Shown: positions 37,641 through 48,210, counted from the stretch's first letter. The stretch: DNA of 64,000 nucleotides from Lachnospiraceae bacterium (GCA_017553035.1 JAFZNE010000021.1:5250-69249); one strand, 5' to 3'. The notes: generated from the sequence alone by a model not told the origin. Made by a program: numbers and translations.

Positions 37641-38192
37641 ATGAAAATAACAAACGAGAAAAATGATATCGAATATGTTTTATTTTCCGAGGAACAGATC
37701 AAAACAAGAGTGGCCGAAATGGGCGTAGAGCTTACAAAACTGTATGAGAACAGTGCGCCTGTTGTGGTATGCATTTTGAAAGGAGCGTCATTCTTCTTCA
37801 CGGATCTGTGCCGTCAGATCAAATGCCCGATCCATATGGACTTTATCTCGGTAAGCAGTTACGGCAAATCGGCGCAGACTTCAGGTGTTGTAAGACTTCT
37901 GAAGGATCTTGACAACAATATTACCGGCAAGGATGTGCTGATCATTGAGGATGTTATCGATTCGGGACTGACTCTCAAATATCTTCGTGAGCTGCTTGAG
38001 GCCCGCAAACCGAAATCGATCAGGATCGCGTGCCTGCTTGACAAATATCAGTGCCATGCACCCGAGATCGGCGCGGACTATAAGGGATTCGATGTCGAGG
38101 ATCAGTTCGTTGTGGGATACGGACTCGATTATGCGGATAATTACAGGAATCTTCCTTATATCGGCGTACTGAAACCCGAGTGTTATGAGTAA
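37641..38192 (+). CDS. hpt: Hypoxanthine phosphoribosyltransferase
   Basis: The ATG at 37641 follows AAGGAG. Contains the PRPP motif VLIIEDVIDSGLT, and the N-terminus aligns with Bacillus HprT. Confidence 0.85.
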   Translation: MKITNEKNDIEYVLFSEEQIKTRVAEMGVELTKLYENSAPVVVCILKGASFFFTDLCRQIKCPIHMDFISVSSYGKSAQTSGVVRLLKDLDNNITGKDVLIIEDVIDSGLTLKYLRELLEARKPKSIRIACLLDKYQCHAPEIGADYKGFDVEDQFVVGYGLDYADNYRNLPYIGVLKPECYE

Positions 38193-38264
38193 GGCAGCGA
38201 TATACTTATATCCATTGGCAAATACTTTACCTGATGAGATGAGTTTTGTTGTGAGTGATGGAAA

Positions 38265-38951
38265 ATGAACGCTAAATATAAACTTATAATCTTCGATCTT
38301 GACGGCACTCTGCTCGATACATTGCCCGATCTGGCAGGTGCCGTAAATTATGCGTTGAGGACACATGGAAGACCCGAGCGGTCGATCGATGAAATCAGAC
38401 GTTTTATCAGTAACGGTGTTAGGAAACTGATCGAAAGATCTTTGTTTATCACGGAAACGTCGAAGGATACCAACGATTATATCGTAAATGACCGGGAACT
38501 GTTTGACGCGGTATTTGCGGATTTTGTAAATCACTACCTTGAACATGCTGCCGATAATACCGTTCCTTATACGGGAATGCAGGAAACTGTAAAAAGGCTC
38601 AAAGCAGCCGGATTTAAGACAGCGGTCGTTACCAATAAACGTGAAGATGCTGCTGTAAAGCTGATGGATCATTTTTATCCGGGATGTTTTGACCTGGTGT
38701 TCGGCGACGGGCCGGACCGGGAACGCAAACCTTCCCCGGCATCGGTCCTGCTTGCGATGAAGGAACTTGGCATTTCCAAAGATGAAACCGTATATATCGG
38801 CGATTCGGATGTTGATCTGCTGACAGCGGACAACGCTGAGGTTGACAGCATTTTGGTGACATGGGGATATCGCAGCAGGGAGTTTCTTGTCGATATCGGC
38901 GGCCGGGTAATCGTTGACAGGCCGGACGAGCTGGAATTGCTGCTGAAATAG
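38265..38951 (+). CDS. HAD family hydrolase (phosphoglycolate phosphatase-like)
   Basis: Contains LIIFDLDGTLLDT, VVTNK and YIGDSDVDLLTADNA. Confidence 0.75.
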   Translation: MNAKYKLIIFDLDGTLLDTLPDLAGAVNYALRTHGRPERSIDEIRRFISNGVRKLIERSLFITETSKDTNDYIVNDRELFDAVFADFVNHYLEHAADNTVPYTGMQETVKRLKAAGFKTAVVTNKREDAAVKLMDHFYPGCFDLVFGDGPDRERKPSPASVLLAMKELGISKDETVYIGDSDVDLLTADNAEVDSILVTWGYRSREFLVDIGGRVIVDRPDELELLLK

Positions 38952-38966
38952 TCGGAGCACATTAAA

Positions 38967-38998
38967 ACAGCCCGCCGGGGGGATTCCTCCGGCGGGCT
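38967..38998. terminator. GC-rich hairpin between convergent genes; the U-tract is only on the minus-strand side
   Basis: Stem CAGCCCGCCGG / CCGGCGGGCTG (11 bp). TTAAAA lies on the low-coordinate side, giving UUUUAA after the hairpin for the reverse-strand transcript. Confidence 0.6.
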
Positions 38999-39045
38999 GA
39001 TACTATGTATGAGTATATGGTGAGGTAAGACTACATCAAACTTCT

Positions 39046-40782
39046 TTATACGACTTCATTATGATTTCCCTTAAGCAGATCTTCAAATGTCAGCTCGTCG
39101 CTTTCGCGCTCAAATCTGATAAGGTTCCAGGAGAGTGGTTTCACGCTGGTATCAAGCAGTCCGTTTCTGAAAACGGTTGATACGCCAACGACTTCGGTGT
39201 TGCCGATCTTTGATATGGGAGTGGTCTCGGCGTGACGGATAGTACCGTTTTCGTCTGTATGTGCGACAACCTTCGGAATGATGGTTTCGGGAGCTTCGTA
39301 AGTATTCTTGGCATCGAAATCATCGCTGTGAAGTTCGACATGTTCAACGAAGTTGTATCCGGTAAAGGCCTGGGCATCGATCTTGATGTTGTATTCATCT
39401 TCTTCGCTGCGGTTGATGATGAACAGGTTGAGACTTCTGTCTTCCTTTGACCAGGCGCAGGCTGCGTCGATATAGGGAACACCTTCTTTGGTCGGATACT
39501 GCGAATTGTCATCGATCGCATAGCCGGGAATATCATAGGTATCGCTGTTGACATCGACCTGCATGGAAGTTCCGCGAGCGTATTTGAGCAGCTGGCTGAA
39601 TACATAATACGAAGCGCTCTTCCAAACGTGATCGTGGTCGGAAGCGCACAGAGCGCCGAGACCACCGGTCATACAGCCGATCTTGACTCTGTCGGCGTGG
39701 CGAAGGAACGCAAGCTGGATCGATGCCATCGAAAGGGCATGGATCATGTCGCCGCCCGGGAAGCAGAAGTGCTTCATGTTGTCCGGATCGTGGAGTATAT
39801 ACTGACGCTCGGGATTGAAGCGATAATGGGCACGGTACATGTTGTGGGGTCCGTAACCGGGATTGAGTTCAGCATTCGGACGTACCATGGCTCCGTATTC
39901 GTCGAATGAGATCATAACCTTCTTAGGAGTGCGGCACTTGGCTGCGATCAGGTCGCAGAGTGCAACTTCCGTATTGATGAAGTCTTCGTAATACAAAGCT
40001 CCGCCGAGAAGGGCTTTTAAGTCTCCGGGAGGTGCCGAATGGTAGTGGTGGATCGAAAGATAATCAACCGATTCATAGCACTGGGTCAGGACTTCTTCGT
40101 CCCAATCAGGGAAATGTGCCATGAAAGGAGCGGAAGAACCGCAGACCGCGGTTTCGATCGTAGGATCGATCCATTTGATCAGTTTGGAGACTTCGTTTGA
40201 AAATACTCCGTATCCGCGGGGATCTTTCTCCCAGGAACCGAGCTGCCAGGGACCGTCCATCTCGTTGCCGAGGAACCAGGTCTTAACGCCGTATGGTTCT
40301 TCATGCCCATTCTTTCGGCGAAGATCCGACCACCAGGTTCCGCCTTTGTGATTGGTGTATTCGACGATATCCATGGCATCCTGCATCGTGCCGGTTCCGA
40401 GATTGATCGTATACATTGATTCGGTACCTACACGCTCGGCCCATTGCAGATATTCGTCATGACCGACTTCATTGGTGATATATTGGTACCATGCGGGATC
40501 GAGATGAACCTTACGCTGGTCCTTCGGTCCGATGGAATCTTTCCAGTTCCAGCCCGAAACGAAATTGCCGCCGGGCAAACGACATGCCGGCATGCCGGTG
40601 TCTTTCAGGCCGTTGATAAAGTCCGTACGGAATCCGAGATCATCTGCGGTGGGATGTTTGGGATTGTACATTGTACCGTTTACCATGGTTCCGATAGGCT
40701 CTAAGAATGTACTGAAGAGCCTCTCGGAGATCTCACCTATCGTAAATGAAGGATGGATCGTGATTTTTGCCTCTTTCCCCAT
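39046..40782 (-). CDS. abfA: Alpha-L-arabinofuranosidase, glycoside hydrolase family 51
   Basis: Contains FLEPIGTMVNG, RLPGGNFVSGWNW and WFLGNEMDGPWQLG (the acid/base Glu region). 578 aa. Confidence 0.9.
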   Translation of the reverse strand: MGKEAKITIHPSFTIGEISERLFSTFLEPIGTMVNGTMYNPKHPTADDLGFRTDFINGLKDTGMPACRLPGGNFVSGWNWKDSIGPKDQRKVHLDPAWYQYITNEVGHDEYLQWAERVGTESMYTINLGTGTMQDAMDIVEYTNHKGGTWWSDLRRKNGHEEPYGVKTWFLGNEMDGPWQLGSWEKDPRGYGVFSNEVSKLIKWIDPTIETAVCGSSAPFMAHFPDWDEEVLTQCYESVDYLSIHHYHSAPPGDLKALLGGALYYEDFINTEVALCDLIAAKCRTPKKVMISFDEYGAMVRPNAELNPGYGPHNMYRAHYRFNPERQYILHDPDNMKHFCFPGGDMIHALSMASIQLAFLRHADRVKIGCMTGGLGALCASDHDHVWKSASYYVFSQLLKYARGTSMQVDVNSDTYDIPGYAIDDNSQYPTKEGVPYIDAACAWSKEDRSLNLFIINRSEEDEYNIKIDAQAFTGYNFVEHVELHSDDFDAKNTYEAPETIIPKVVAHTDENGTIRHAETTPISKIGNTEVVGVSTVFRNGLLDTSVKPLSWNLIRFERESDELTFEDLLKGNHNEVV

Positions 40783-41036
40783 AATTACCTCCTGAATTTA
40801 AAATATAACTCTGGTCCGAATGCTGATAAGGTCAAATGCCATGACACTTTCGCTATCATTGGCAAATGCACAGAAATCTGCTCTACAGGAGAGCTTTCAT
40901 ATAATGATTATAGGCATATTTTACGATGATCATCAAGTTAAGTTATGCTCTGAAATCCCCAATTTTAACTTTAATATAAAAAAGACTTGCTTTTTATCTG
41001 TACTTATGATATTTTATTTTATGGTAAATGTTGGCT

Positions 41037-41062
41037 TGGGAGTGGACGAAAGTTCACTCCCA
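41037..41062 (+). promoter_or_regulatory. Leader hairpin upstream of rimP (11-bp stem, GAAA tetraloop)
   Basis: TGGGAGTGGAC-GAAA-GTTCACTCCCA, followed by AAAACTTTTG, 31 nt before the rimP ATG. Confidence 0.4.
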
Positions 41063-41092
41063 AAACTTTTGCGCAGTTAGGGGTTATAACAG

Positions 41093-41557
41093 ATGACAAA
41101 AAAAGAAGATTATGAAAGCCGCACGGAAGCGCTGCTGAAGCCTATCACCGACGAGCTCGGATTCGAGATAGTCGATGTGGAATTCGTAAAGGAAGGCAAT
41201 GATTATTATTTACGATCCTATATCGACAAAGAAGGCGGGATCACGATCGATGATTGCGAGACGGTGAGCCGGAGGCTGGACCAGCTGCTGGATGAACAGG
41301 ATTTTATTTCCGAGGCTTACATCATGGAAGTCAGTTCACCCGGACTCGGAAGGACACTGAAGAAGGAGAAGGATTTTATCCGGGAAAACGGAAAAGAGGT
41401 AGATGTAAAGCTGTTTAAAGCCATGGATAAAGTTAAGGAATTTTCCGGTATCCTGAAAGGCTTTGATGCCGATACATTTACCATCGCCACCGAAAAAGGC
41501 GATATTACAGTCGAAAGAGCAAATGTGGCCAAGATCAGTCTGAGTATAGACTTTTGA
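41093..41557 (+). CDS. rimP: Ribosome maturation factor RimP
   Basis: 154 aa. Contains ...YLRSYIDKEGGITIDDCETVSR and EVSSPGLGRTLK. First gene of the nusA-infB cluster. Confidence 0.9.
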   Translation: MTKKEDYESRTEALLKPITDELGFEIVDVEFVKEGNDYYLRSYIDKEGGITIDDCETVSRRLDQLLDEQDFISEAYIMEVSSPGLGRTLKKEKDFIRENGKEVDVKLFKAMDKVKEFSGILKGFDADTFTIATEKGDITVERANVAKISLSIDF

Positions 41558-41578
41558 AATAAAGGAGGAGAGTAGAAA

Positions 41579-42646
41579 ATGGCCGGCAATAAAGATTTTA
41601 TCGATGCACTTGATGCGATCGAAAAGGAACGGAACATCAGCAAGGATGTCATGATCGAAGCAATTGAGAATTCATTGCTCCAGGCATGCAAGAACCAGTT
41701 CGGCAAAGCAGATAATATCAAGGTTCAGATCAACAGAAATACCGGTGCGATCGCGGTATATGCGGAAAAGACGATCGTAGAGGAAGTTGAGGAAGAGGCT
41801 TCACAGATCACGCTTGAGGAAGCCAAGAAGAAATTCCCGAGAAAGAAACTTGCAGAGGGCGATGTTGTCAATATTGAAGTCACACCCAAGAATTTTGACA
41901 GGATCTCCGCTCAGAAAGCTAAACAGACCGTTATCCAGAAGGTAAGGGAAGAGGAGCGTAAGGTACTGTACGAGCAGTATTCGGAGCTTGAGCATCAAGT
42001 TGTGACAGGCGTTGTACAGAGATATATCGGCAACAATATCAGTATCAATCTGGGCAAAGTCGATGCGATCCTTACCGAGAGTGAGCAGATGCCCGGCGAA
42101 CATTTCAGGGCCAAGGGCGACGAAAGGATCAAGCTGTATGTCATCGAGGTAAAGGACAGCACGAAGGGTCCGAGGATCTCGGTATCGAGAACACATAAGG
42201 AACTTGTCAGAAGACTGTTTGAATCCGAGGTGGCCGAGATAGCCGACGGAACCGTTCAGATCCACGGTATCGTACGTGAACCCGGTTCAAGAAGCAAGAT
42301 GTCGGTAAGTTCCAACGATCCCAATGTTGATGCACGCGGCGCATGCATCGGAAATAACAGCGAGAGAGTTAATGCCATCGTCAATGAACTGAACGGTGAA
42401 AAGATCGATATAGTATACTGGAGTGATGATCCGGCCGAATATATCGAACAGGCACTCTCCCCTTCGAAGGTTTCATCGGTGGAAGTCGATGAATATGAAA
42501 AGACCGCGAAGGTTATCGTTCCCGACCTGCAGCTGTCGCTTGCGATCGGCAAGGAAGGACAGAATGCCCGTCTTGCCGCGAAGCTTACAGGATACAAGAT
42601 TGATATCAGAAGTGAATCACAGGTAAGAGAAGGCGATTCATTCTGA
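41579..42646 (+). CDS. nusA: Transcription termination/antitermination factor NusA
   Basis: N-terminus FIDALDAIEKERNISKD, followed by an S1 domain and two KH domains (ACIGNNSERVNAI, AIGKEGQNARLAAKLTG). Confidence 0.95.
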   Translation: MAGNKDFIDALDAIEKERNISKDVMIEAIENSLLQACKNQFGKADNIKVQINRNTGAIAVYAEKTIVEEVEEEASQITLEEAKKKFPRKKLAEGDVVNIEVTPKNFDRISAQKAKQTVIQKVREEERKVLYEQYSELEHQVVTGVVQRYIGNNISINLGKVDAILTESEQMPGEHFRAKGDERIKLYVIEVKDSTKGPRISVSRTHKELVRRLFESEVAEIADGTVQIHGIVREPGSRSKMSVSSNDPNVDARGACIGNNSERVNAIVNELNGEKIDIVYWSDDPAEYIEQALSPSKVSSVEVDEYEKTAKVIVPDLQLSLAIGKEGQNARLAAKLTGYKIDIRSESQVREGDSF

Positions 42647-42654
42647 GAGGATGA

Positions 42655-42939
42655 ATGATGATGATACCCAGAAAGATCCCGATGAGAAAATGTACCGGAT
42701 GTAATGAGCTCAAACCCAAAAAAGAACTGATACGGGTGATCGTAACACCCGATGATACGGTGGAGCTTGATACTACCGGAAAGAAGAACGGCAGGGGTGC
42801 GTATATCTGCGCTAAGACCGGGTGCCTGAAAGAAGCACGCAAACACAAGGGACTTGAAAAATCCCTTAAAAAAGCCATCCCTCCGGAAGTGTACGATTCT
42901 TTGGAAAAGGAGTTGATCCGTCTTGAAGGAGAAAGATAA
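42655..42939 (+). CDS. ylxR: YlxR/RnpM family RNA-binding protein (DUF448)
   Basis: Contains RKCTGCNELKPKKELIRV and GRGAYIC. Lies directly after nusA. Confidence 0.85.
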   Translation: MMMIPRKIPMRKCTGCNELKPKKELIRVIVTPDDTVELDTTGKKNGRGAYICAKTGCLKEARKHKGLEKSLKKAIPPEVYDSLEKELIRLEGER

Positions 42940-43339
42940 ATTACAGCAGACTCCCGCGCAGAAACCGATTCCGTCCGATAAAGAAGCGTTGACGAAGAAG
43001 ATTTTTTCCCTGCTGGGGCTTGCCAAAAAGGCGGGATTTGTCCAAAGCGGCGAGTTCTTGTCCGAGAAGGCGGTAAAAGGGTTTGGGGCATACGTGGTGA
43101 TAGTTGCTTCGGATGCTTCGGATAATACAAAGAAAAAGTTCAGGGATATGTGTGATTACTACAAGGTTCCCTGTTATGAATTCGGCGACAAGGACAGTCT
43201 CGGACATGCGCTGGGCAATGAAATGCGTGCGTCCGTTGCGGTAAGGAACGCCGGAATGTCAAAGAAACTGATGGAGATGTTAGATAGTATGGGTGCCGGC
43301 CTTAAGAGCGCCGCCGGCGCACAGGATACAAGATCGTAA
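42923..43339 (+). CDS. L7Ae-family ribosome-associated protein (YlxQ-like)
   Basis: [15 protein letters not shown]...[15 protein letters not shown]...YYKVP aligns with B. subtilis YlxQ. The TTG at 42923 follows AAGGAG. The in-frame TTG at 42989 would give a B. subtilis-like N-terminus. Confidence 0.7.
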   Translation: MKEKDKLQQTPAQKPIPSDKEALTKKIFSLLGLAKKAGFVQSGEFLSEKAVKGFGAYVVIVASDASDNTKKKFRDMCDYYKVPCYEFGDKDSLGHALGNEMRASVAVRNAGMSKKLMEMLDSMGAGLKSAAGAQDTRS

Positions 43340-43365
43340 GCGCTCTTACTCGGAGGTTAAAAAGA

Positions 43366-46300
43366 ATGGCCAAAATGAGGATTTATGAGCTGGCTAAAGA
43401 GCTGGGCGAAAGCAATCCTGAACTTGATTCAAAAACACTTAATGCGGATATCCTGAAATTCCTTCAGGAGAACGGCAGCGAGGCAAAGAGCGCTTCGAGC
43501 GGCATTTCCGATGAGGAAATAGAGCTTGTCCGCAGCCGTTTCGCGTCAAAATCTTCCAAGAGCGGGAAGAGCTCGCAAAAGGACAGTTCCGCTTCGAAGA
43601 AGGATAAAGAGGGAGACAAAGCCAAGGCCGAAAACAAGGCTGAACCCAAGGCTGAAACAAAAGAAGCCGGGACTCCCGAAGTAAAAACCGAGCCTTCTCC
43701 CAAAAAGGAAGAACAGGATCGGAAAGAAAGCGAGCCTGCCGATAAAAGATCAGGTGACTCTGCGGGGAAGGTACGTAAGGGCAAACTCCGCGGAAAGAAC
43801 GGCACCGTTATCATTTACAGGGTAGATGAGAATTCGGGCAGACTGATCAATGACGATGATAATACCATGCTGCCGTTGGTTATGGGAACGGATGGAAATA
43901 TCTATCGTCTTGACGGCACGCCTCTTGCCAAGTCCGGAAGTAAGGACGCCCAGCACAGACCTGCCCAGCCACAGCCGATGAATCAGGTATTCGACGGCCG
44001 TTCGGCCAAGGACAGAAAGAATGCTGCCACCTCTTCCAACAACAGGAACAGCAATAACAATGCCGGCAATAACGCGGGTTCAAATAAAACACACAGCAAA
44101 GGCGGTCTTACGGATGCTCTCGGTGAGAAGATGAAAGCATTCGAATCGCAGCTTGATCCCGATAATGAGAATTATGTTCCCGAGAAGAAAGAGAAGAAGA
44201 AAAAAGTCTACGATCTTCCCGAGATACCTTCAAAGAATAAAAACGGGTCCGGAACGGAAGATATTACCGAAACGGATACCGGTGTAAAGGAAACTCCGGC
44301 GGCGGAAACCGTACAGAGCACCAATGCGGAAGAAACCGTAAAGACCGCTAAGAGCGGAGCTGAACAGGCATCCGGCAGACCCGATCCCGGAGCAAGGGAA
44401 TTCCAGGACAGATCCGGACAAAGGAAACCTCAGGACCAGAGGGGTTCGCAGGATAGAGGCGAACGCAGCTTCAACAGGGATTCGAACGGTCAGAACCAGA
44501 GAAACCGTGATAACAGAAGCTTCGATGGAAGAAGCTTTGACGGAAGGAATCAGGGCGGACGCGACCAGAACAGCTTCGACGGAAGAAATCAGGGCAGATC
44601 CGGAGATCAGCGAGGCAACGACCGCGGACGTTTCCAGGATAGAGATTCAAGGAACCAGGGCGGACGTGACGGTTTCAAAACCGGCGATCCGTCGATGCGC
44701 GGTAAAGGAACCAAGCCTTTCGGTGACAGAAACCAGAATGCGCCCGATAAGGATTCCGATCAGCGCAGACCATTTAACAGAAAGAATGACGGCCGTAATT
44801 CCGGCGGAAGCATCAAGTCGGAGCTTGCCAATGAACTTGGAAAGAACAACCGTGCCGAAAATCTTAAGGACCGTAACAGGGACAAGAGCCGCAGGGATCG
44901 CGGACGTGATTATGATGAAGACGGTCTGAAGAATGCAAAGAATAAAAAAGATCCCAATCGTAAGGGTGCTTTCCAGAAGCCCGTTGCGAAACCTCAGGTG
45001 AAGGAGGATGATATTAAAACGATTACAGTACCTGAAGTGATCACGATCAAAGAGCTCGCCGACAAGATGAAACAGAATTCGTCAGCGATAATCAAGAAGC
45101 TGTTCATGGGCGGAAAGATGGTGAATGTCAATTCCGAGATCACCTTTGAAGAAGCGGAAGAGATCGCTCTTGAATACGAGATCATATGCGAAAAAGAAGT
45201 AAAGGTTAACATGATCGAAGAACTGCTCAAGGAAAGCGAGGAAGATCCCGATACTCTGGTTACCAGGCCTCCTGTTGTCTGCGTAATGGGTCACGTTGAT
45301 CACGGTAAGACATCATTGCTTGATGCGATCAGAAAGACCAATGTTACGGCAAGAGAAGCGGGCGGTATCACACAGCATATCGGTGCGTATATGGTCGAGA
45401 TCTCGGGAAGAAAGATCACCTTCCTTGATACACCCGGACACGAAGCATTTACATCAATGCGTATGCGTGGTGCGAAATCAACGGATATCGCAATCCTCGT
45501 TGTTGCGGCCGATGACGGCGTAATGCCCCAGACCGTAGAAGCGATCAACCATGCGAAGGCTGCGAATGTTTCGATCATAGTTGCGGTCAATAAGATCGAT
45601 AAACCTGGTGCCAATATCGACAGGGTTAAGCAGGAACTTACCGAGCACGGCCTTGTTGCGGAAGACTGGGGCGGCGATACGGTATTCGTTCCCGTTTCGG
45701 CCAAGACCGGAGAAGGTATAGAGAACCTTCTCGAAATGGTACTGCTTACAGCCGATGTACTTGAACTGAAGGCCAACCCCAACAGACGTGCGCGTGGTAT
45801 CGTTATCGAGGCACAGCTTGATAAGGGACGCGGTCCTGTTGCTACTGTACTTATCCAGAAAGGTACCTTAAATGTCGGTGACAATGTTGCCATCGGTGCA
45901 GCACACGGTAAGGTTCGTGCGATGATCGACGATAACGGCAGAAAGGTTAAGACGGCTACTCCGTCCACACCTGTTGAGATCCTCGGCCTTAACGGGGTTC
46001 CGCAGGCCGGTGAGGTAATCCTTGCCGTAGCAGACGAGAAAGAAGCAAGGACAATTGCCGAGGCATTTATTGCTCAGTCCAAGGAACAGCTGATTGCCGA
46101 GACCAAAGCAAGACTTTCGCTTGACGGACTGTTCTCACAGATCCAGGCCGGCGAGGTTAAGGAACTTAATATCATTATCAAGGCCGACGTTATGGGTTCG
46201 GTTGAAGCGGTTAAGCAGAGCCTGCTGAAACTCAGCAACGAAGAGGTCGTTGTAAGAGTTATCCACGGTGGTGTCGGAAATATCAACGAGTCTGACGTTA

Positions 46301-46767
46301 CACTTGCATCCGCATCCAATGCGATCATTATCGGATTTAATGTTAAACCCGACAATACAGCCAAGGACATTGCCGAGCATGAAGGCATCGATGTGAAGCT
46401 CTACAAAGTCATTTATGACGCGATCAACGATGTTGAGGCAGCGATGAAAGGAATGCTCAAGCCTGTTTATGAGGAGAAGGTTATCGGCCATGCCGAGATC
46501 CGCCAGCTCTTCAAGGCTTCGGGAGTCGGTGTCATTGCCGGTTCTTATGTGCTTGACGGTAAGATCGTTCGTGGCTGCAAGGCACGTATCAGCAGAAACG
46601 ACGAGCTTATTTTCGAAGGCAATCTTGCATCGCTTAAGCGCTTCAAGGATGATGTAAAAGAGGTAGCCGCAGGCTATGAATGCGGTCTGGTATTTGAGAA
46701 ATTCAGTGATCTGGCTGAACTTGACCAGGCGGAATTCTACGTCATGGAGGAGGTGCCCCGTAAATGA
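43366..46767 (+). CDS. infB: Translation initiation factor IF-2 with a very long low-complexity N-terminal region
   Basis: G domain [22 protein letters not shown] and NKIDK. The ~540 residues before the conserved core are low-complexity. Confidence 0.95.
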   Translation: MAKMRIYELAKELGESNPELDSKTLNADILKFLQENGSEAKSASSGISDEEIELVRSRFASKSSKSGKSSQKDSSASKKDKEGDKAKAENKAEPKAETKEAGTPEVKTEPSPKKEEQDRKESEPADKRSGDSAGKVRKGKLRGKNGTVIIYRVDENSGRLINDDDNTMLPLVMGTDGNIYRLDGTPLAKSGSKDAQHRPAQPQPMNQVFDGRSAKDRKNAATSSNNRNSNNNAGNNAGSNKTHSKGGLTDALGEKMKAFESQLDPDNENYVPEKKEKKKKVYDLPEIPSKNKNGSGTEDITETDTGVKETPAAETVQSTNAEETVKTAKSGAEQASGRPDPGAREFQDRSGQRKPQDQRGSQDRGERSFNRDSNGQNQRNRDNRSFDGRSFDGRNQGGRDQNSFDGRNQGRSGDQRGNDRGRFQDRDSRNQGGRDGFKTGDPSMRGKGTKPFGDRNQNAPDKDSDQRRPFNRKNDGRNSGGSIKSELANELGKNNRAENLKDRNRDKSRRDRGRDYDEDGLKNAKNKKDPNRKGAFQKPVAKPQVKEDDIKTITVPEVITIKELADKMKQNSSAIIKKLFMGGKMVNVNSEITFEEAEEIALEYEIICEKEVKVNMIEELLKESEEDPDTLVTRPPVVCVMGHVDHGKTSLLDAIRKTNVTAREAGGITQHIGAYMVEISGRKITFLDTPGHEAFTSMRMRGAKSTDIAILVVAADDGVMPQTVEAINHAKAANVSIIVAVNKIDKPGANIDRVKQELTEHGLVAEDWGGDTVFVPVSAKTGEGIENLLEMVLLTADVLELKANPNRRARGIVIEAQLDKGRGPVATVLIQKGTLNVGDNVAIGAAHGKVRAMIDDNGRKVKTATPSTPVEILGLNGVPQAGEVILAVADEKEARTIAEAFIAQSKEQLIAETKARLSLDGLFSQIQAGEVKELNIIIKADVMGSVEAVKQSLLKLSNEEVVVRVIHGGVGNINESDVTLASASNAIIIGFNVKPDNTAKDIAEHEGIDVKLYKVIYDAINDVEAAMKGMLKPVYEEKVIGHAEIRQLFKASGVGVIAGSYVLDGKIVRGCKARISRNDELIFEGNLASLKRFKDDVKEVAAGYECGLVFEKFSDLAELDQAEFYVMEEVPRK

Positions 46768-47222
46768 GAAAAAACAGTGTTAAAATGATCAGGATCAACA
46801 GGGAGTTCCAAAGGGAGCTCTCAAGCCTGATCTCGATGGAAGTTAAGGATCCCCGCATCAGCCCGGTGACTTCGGTCGTGAGCGTTGATGTTGCTCCGGA
46901 TCTGAAGACTTCGAAAGTATATATAAGTGTGCTCGGTGACCAGAAGGCACAGCACGATACGCTTGAAGGCCTGAAGAGCGCGGCTTCTTTCCTGCGCTCG
47001 CAGCTTGCACACAACCTGAATCTGAGAAATACTCCCGAACTCCATTTCTATGTGGATCAGTCGATCGAGTATGGCGTAAACATGATGCAGAGGATCGATG
47101 AGGTCATTGCCGAAGACGAAGCGGCCTACGGTCATGACGAAGAACCGGATACGGACGATGAGGATTACGATGATTATGATGAATCCGACGATCCTGACGA
47201 TTTCGGGGATCCGGAAAAGTAA
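46764..47222 (+). CDS. rbfA: Ribosome-binding factor A with an acidic C-terminal tail
   Basis: Contains [14 protein letters not shown] and [27 protein letters not shown]. The ATG overlaps the infB stop (ATGA). Confidence 0.9.
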   Translation: MRKNSVKMIRINREFQRELSSLISMEVKDPRISPVTSVVSVDVAPDLKTSKVYISVLGDQKAQHDTLEGLKSAASFLRSQLAHNLNLRNTPELHFYVDQSIEYGVNMMQRIDEVIAEDEAAYGHDEEPDTDDEDYDDYDESDDPDDFGDPEK

Positions 47223-47234
47223 TAAGGAGAACGA

Positions 47235-48191
47235 ATGACAAACAAACAGGAAATAATGTCTGCCATTGAAAACGCCGGGAGGATCGCGATCGCCGGACAT
47301 ATCCGTCCGGACGGCGATTGCATCGGTTCGTGCCTTGGGATGTACAATTATGTTCACGAGAATTTCCCGTGCAGCGTTGATGTGTACATCGAGGAGATAC
47401 CGCAGGAGTTTACCTGTATTGCGGGATGTGATGCCGTAAACAGCCTTTATCCCGACGCGGCGCCGTACGATGTATTCCTTGCACTGGATTGCGGTGACCT
47501 CGAAAGGCTCGGCAAGGCTCAGAAATACCTGAAAGAAGCCAAACTGTCGGTCTGCATCGATCATCATAAGACCAATGAAGGATATGCGGCTGTAAATGTT
47601 ATAGAACCCGGGGCTGCGGCTACGGCTGAGGTGCTGTTCGATCTTATGGATCAGGACAAGATAAGCCTGAACACCGCCGAGGCTCTGTATCTGGGCATAG
47701 TACACGATACAGGGGTATTTAAGCATTCCAACACAACACGGCATACCATGGAAACGGCGGGCAGACTGCTGGAATACGGTGTCAGCTCATCAAAGATAAT
47801 AGACGGAACATTTTACGAGAAGACATATGTACAGAATCAGATACTCGGAAGATGTCTGATGGAGAGTGTGCTCGTCCTTGACGGAAAGGTTATCTTTGCC
47901 GCTGTCAACAGAAAAGTCCAGGCACTGTACGGACTTGAGTCGAACGATACCGAAGGTGTCATCGACCAGCTCAGGGTGACCAAGGGAGTTGAGGTGGCGA
48001 TCCTTATCAAGGAAATGAATCCTTTTGTCTGGAGAGTCAGCATGAGATCGTGCGAATATGTCGATGTGGCTGTTATCTGTACCAAATTCGGCGGAGGCGG
48101 GCATGTCAGGGCCGCCGGCTGCATACTGAACGGTTCGATGCACGACGTCATCAATGCACTCGTAAAGGAAATAGAGCTTCAGATCAAGTGA
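47235..48191 (+). CDS. nrnA: DHH/DHHA1 phosphoesterase (NrnA-like oligoribonuclease / pAp phosphatase)
   Basis: Contains HIRPDGDCIGS, CIDHHKTN and the DHHA1 motif FGGGGHVRAAG. Confidence 0.8.
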   Translation: MTNKQEIMSAIENAGRIAIAGHIRPDGDCIGSCLGMYNYVHENFPCSVDVYIEEIPQEFTCIAGCDAVNSLYPDAAPYDVFLALDCGDLERLGKAQKYLKEAKLSVCIDHHKTNEGYAAVNVIEPGAAATAEVLFDLMDQDKISLNTAEALYLGIVHDTGVFKHSNTTRHTMETAGRLLEYGVSSSKIIDGTFYEKTYVQNQILGRCLMESVLVLDGKVIFAAVNRKVQALYGLESNDTEGVIDQLRVTKGVEVAILIKEMNPFVWRVSMRSCEYVDVAVICTKFGGGGHVRAAGCILNGSMHDVINALVKEIELQIK

Positions 48192-48210
48192 TAAGTGAGG
48201 ATGGCAGCTC

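Noticed and set aside
39046-40782. The GH51 gene as part of a mobile element or genomic island.
   Set aside because: There is no integrase, transposase, tRNA target or flanking direct or inverted repeats. It is a single gene. I kept it only as a low-interest synteny observation.
40836-40850. GGTCAAA heptad resembling half of a CtsR operator.
   Set aside because: Only one heptad is present, with no second copy at the required 3-nt spacing. It is not upstream of a clp gene.
40820-41080. 86-aa ORF in the AT-rich spacer between abfA and rimP.
   Set aside because: It has no SD, an odd composition and no recognisable motif. It lies where two promoters and the rimP leader must be. It is most likely non-coding.
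44500-44700. Periodic DNA repeats in infB (and at 57261..57479 in ftsK) as a possible CRISPR or satellite array.
   Set aside because: The repeats are imperfect, in frame and lie inside long intact ORFs that encode low-complexity peptide repeats. There is no repeat-spacer architecture.
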